Source: Gemmatimonadota bacterium
GTDB lineage: Bacteria > JBHIER01 > G020348925
Reading direction: 5' to 3'
Length of the DNA: 64,000 bases
Assembly: GCA_020348925.1 (NCBI GenBank)
Contig: CP070758.1
Span: forward strand, 2,867,688-2,931,687
Part shown: positions 63,259 through 64,000 of the stretch, in pieces
How the letters are laid out: every line of letters starts with the position of its first letter
Position numbering within the stretch: the first letter of the stretch is position 1
Translations under genes and position numbers: made by a program
The notes under the pieces: generated by a model
Seen by the model: the letters and a program-made list of their open reading frames with translations, nothing else
What the model was told of the DNA's origin: nothing
The model's database searches: none

Positions 63259-64000
63259 CTATTTTGCCAGAAGCATCTTCTTTGAGGCAGTGAAGTCCCC
63301 GGCCTTGATCCGGTAAAAGTAGACACCTGAGCTCACCGTCTTGCCGTATTCATCCGTTCCATCCCAGCGTATGGAGTGATATCCGGGTGCCCATTCACCT
63401 TCAATCAGCCCTTTCACACGCTCGCCTGTTATGTTGAAGATGGTCAGGGAGACGTGCGAAGAGATCGGTATCGCAAACTGAATGGTTGTCTCCGGGTTGA
63501 AGGGGTTGGGATAGTTCTGGGCCAGGCTGTACCGTGTCGGTGGAGCTGACTCCGCTTTGACGAGGGCCATGAACCGGTTAAAATCACCGGGAGAGAGATA
63601 CGGTTTGAGAGACCGGCAGAACTGCATCACTTCAGGCGTGATCGCAGTCGTGGAAAGGGCAGCGGCACAATTTCCGATACCCAGGATAGCGTTCACGATC
63701 CCTAACGCGTCGAGGATGTCGACACTGCCGTCATCGTTACAGTCGGCCCTCTCGAGAGGACTTCCCGCCAATAGCGTTGTGCCTAAGATGTGATTGACGA
63801 CGGCCAAGACATCAAGGACGTCGATGTCTCCCTGGCAGTCGATATTGCCTCGTTGGACATCGGCCTGATCGGGATTGGAGAGAGCAGGACAGTTGTCCTC
63901 CTGACAGGTATTGACCGCGTACCCGGGGTCGCCGTAGCCGTCACCGTCGGTGTCGGTGCAGGAGTCGCAGACATCGCCTGAACCGTCACCGTCATCGTCG
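63259..64000 (-). CDS. C-terminal part of another TSP3 + dockerin (class A) + T9SS/FlgD-type CTD protein (5' end outside window)
   Basis: The frame continues upstream of 63807 through RGNIDCQGDIDVLD and CTDTDGDGYGDPGY. Tail QNYPNPFNP...KKMLLAK. Confidence 0.88.
   Translation of the reverse strand, partial: DDDGDGSGDVCDSCTDTDGDGYGDPGYAVNTCQEDNCPALSNPDQADVQRGNIDCQGDIDVLDVLAVVNHILGTTLLAGSPLERADCNDDGSVDILDALGIVNAILGIGNCAAALSTTAITPEVMQFCRSLKPYLSPGDFNRFMALVKAESAPPTRYSLAQNYPNPFNPETTIQFAIPISSHVSLTIFNITGERVKGLIEGEWAPGYHSIRWDGTDEYGKTVSSGVYFYRIKAGDFTASKKMLLAK

Noticed and set aside
21315-64000. Diversity-generating retroelement behind the similar C-terminal repeats
   Set aside because: No reverse transcriptase, no non-coding template copy, and the differences seen are mostly third-position rather than adenine-specific.

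Overview
Scaffold segment with one 100-N gap (38619-38718) from a diderm bacterium that looks FCB-group (KSB1/Zixibacteria/Calditrichota-like; inferred from the T9SS-type tails, a PorV/PorQ-family gene and the TonB-receptor family). Most of the window is a large array of secreted modular proteins built from a shared parts list: FG-GAP/CRTAC1 and PD40 propellers, SBBP repeats, ASPIC/UnbV, right-handed beta-helix, S41 and Zn-peptidase heads, PKD, LamG and TSP3 repeats. Sixteen of them carry a dockerin-like double Ca-loop, in three distinct sequence classes, one of which is extremely Cys-rich. Eight proteins end in a T9SS-like C-terminal domain (CTD). No cohesin and no clear glycoside hydrolase is visible. 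The window also holds a Cys-extended ECF sigma factor with a candidate autoregulatory promoter, a PAS/HisKA_3/NarL signalling cluster, a tightly packed operon (pseudo-protease-CTD, TonB-dependent receptor, lipoprotein, atypical-CTD protein, PorV-like barrel, TPR lipoprotein), a PilX-like gene, an AT-rich islet and several REP-like intergenic repeats. No rRNA, tRNA, CRISPR array, transposase, integrase or reverse transcriptase was recognised. All domain calls come from reading motifs by eye, not from database searches.
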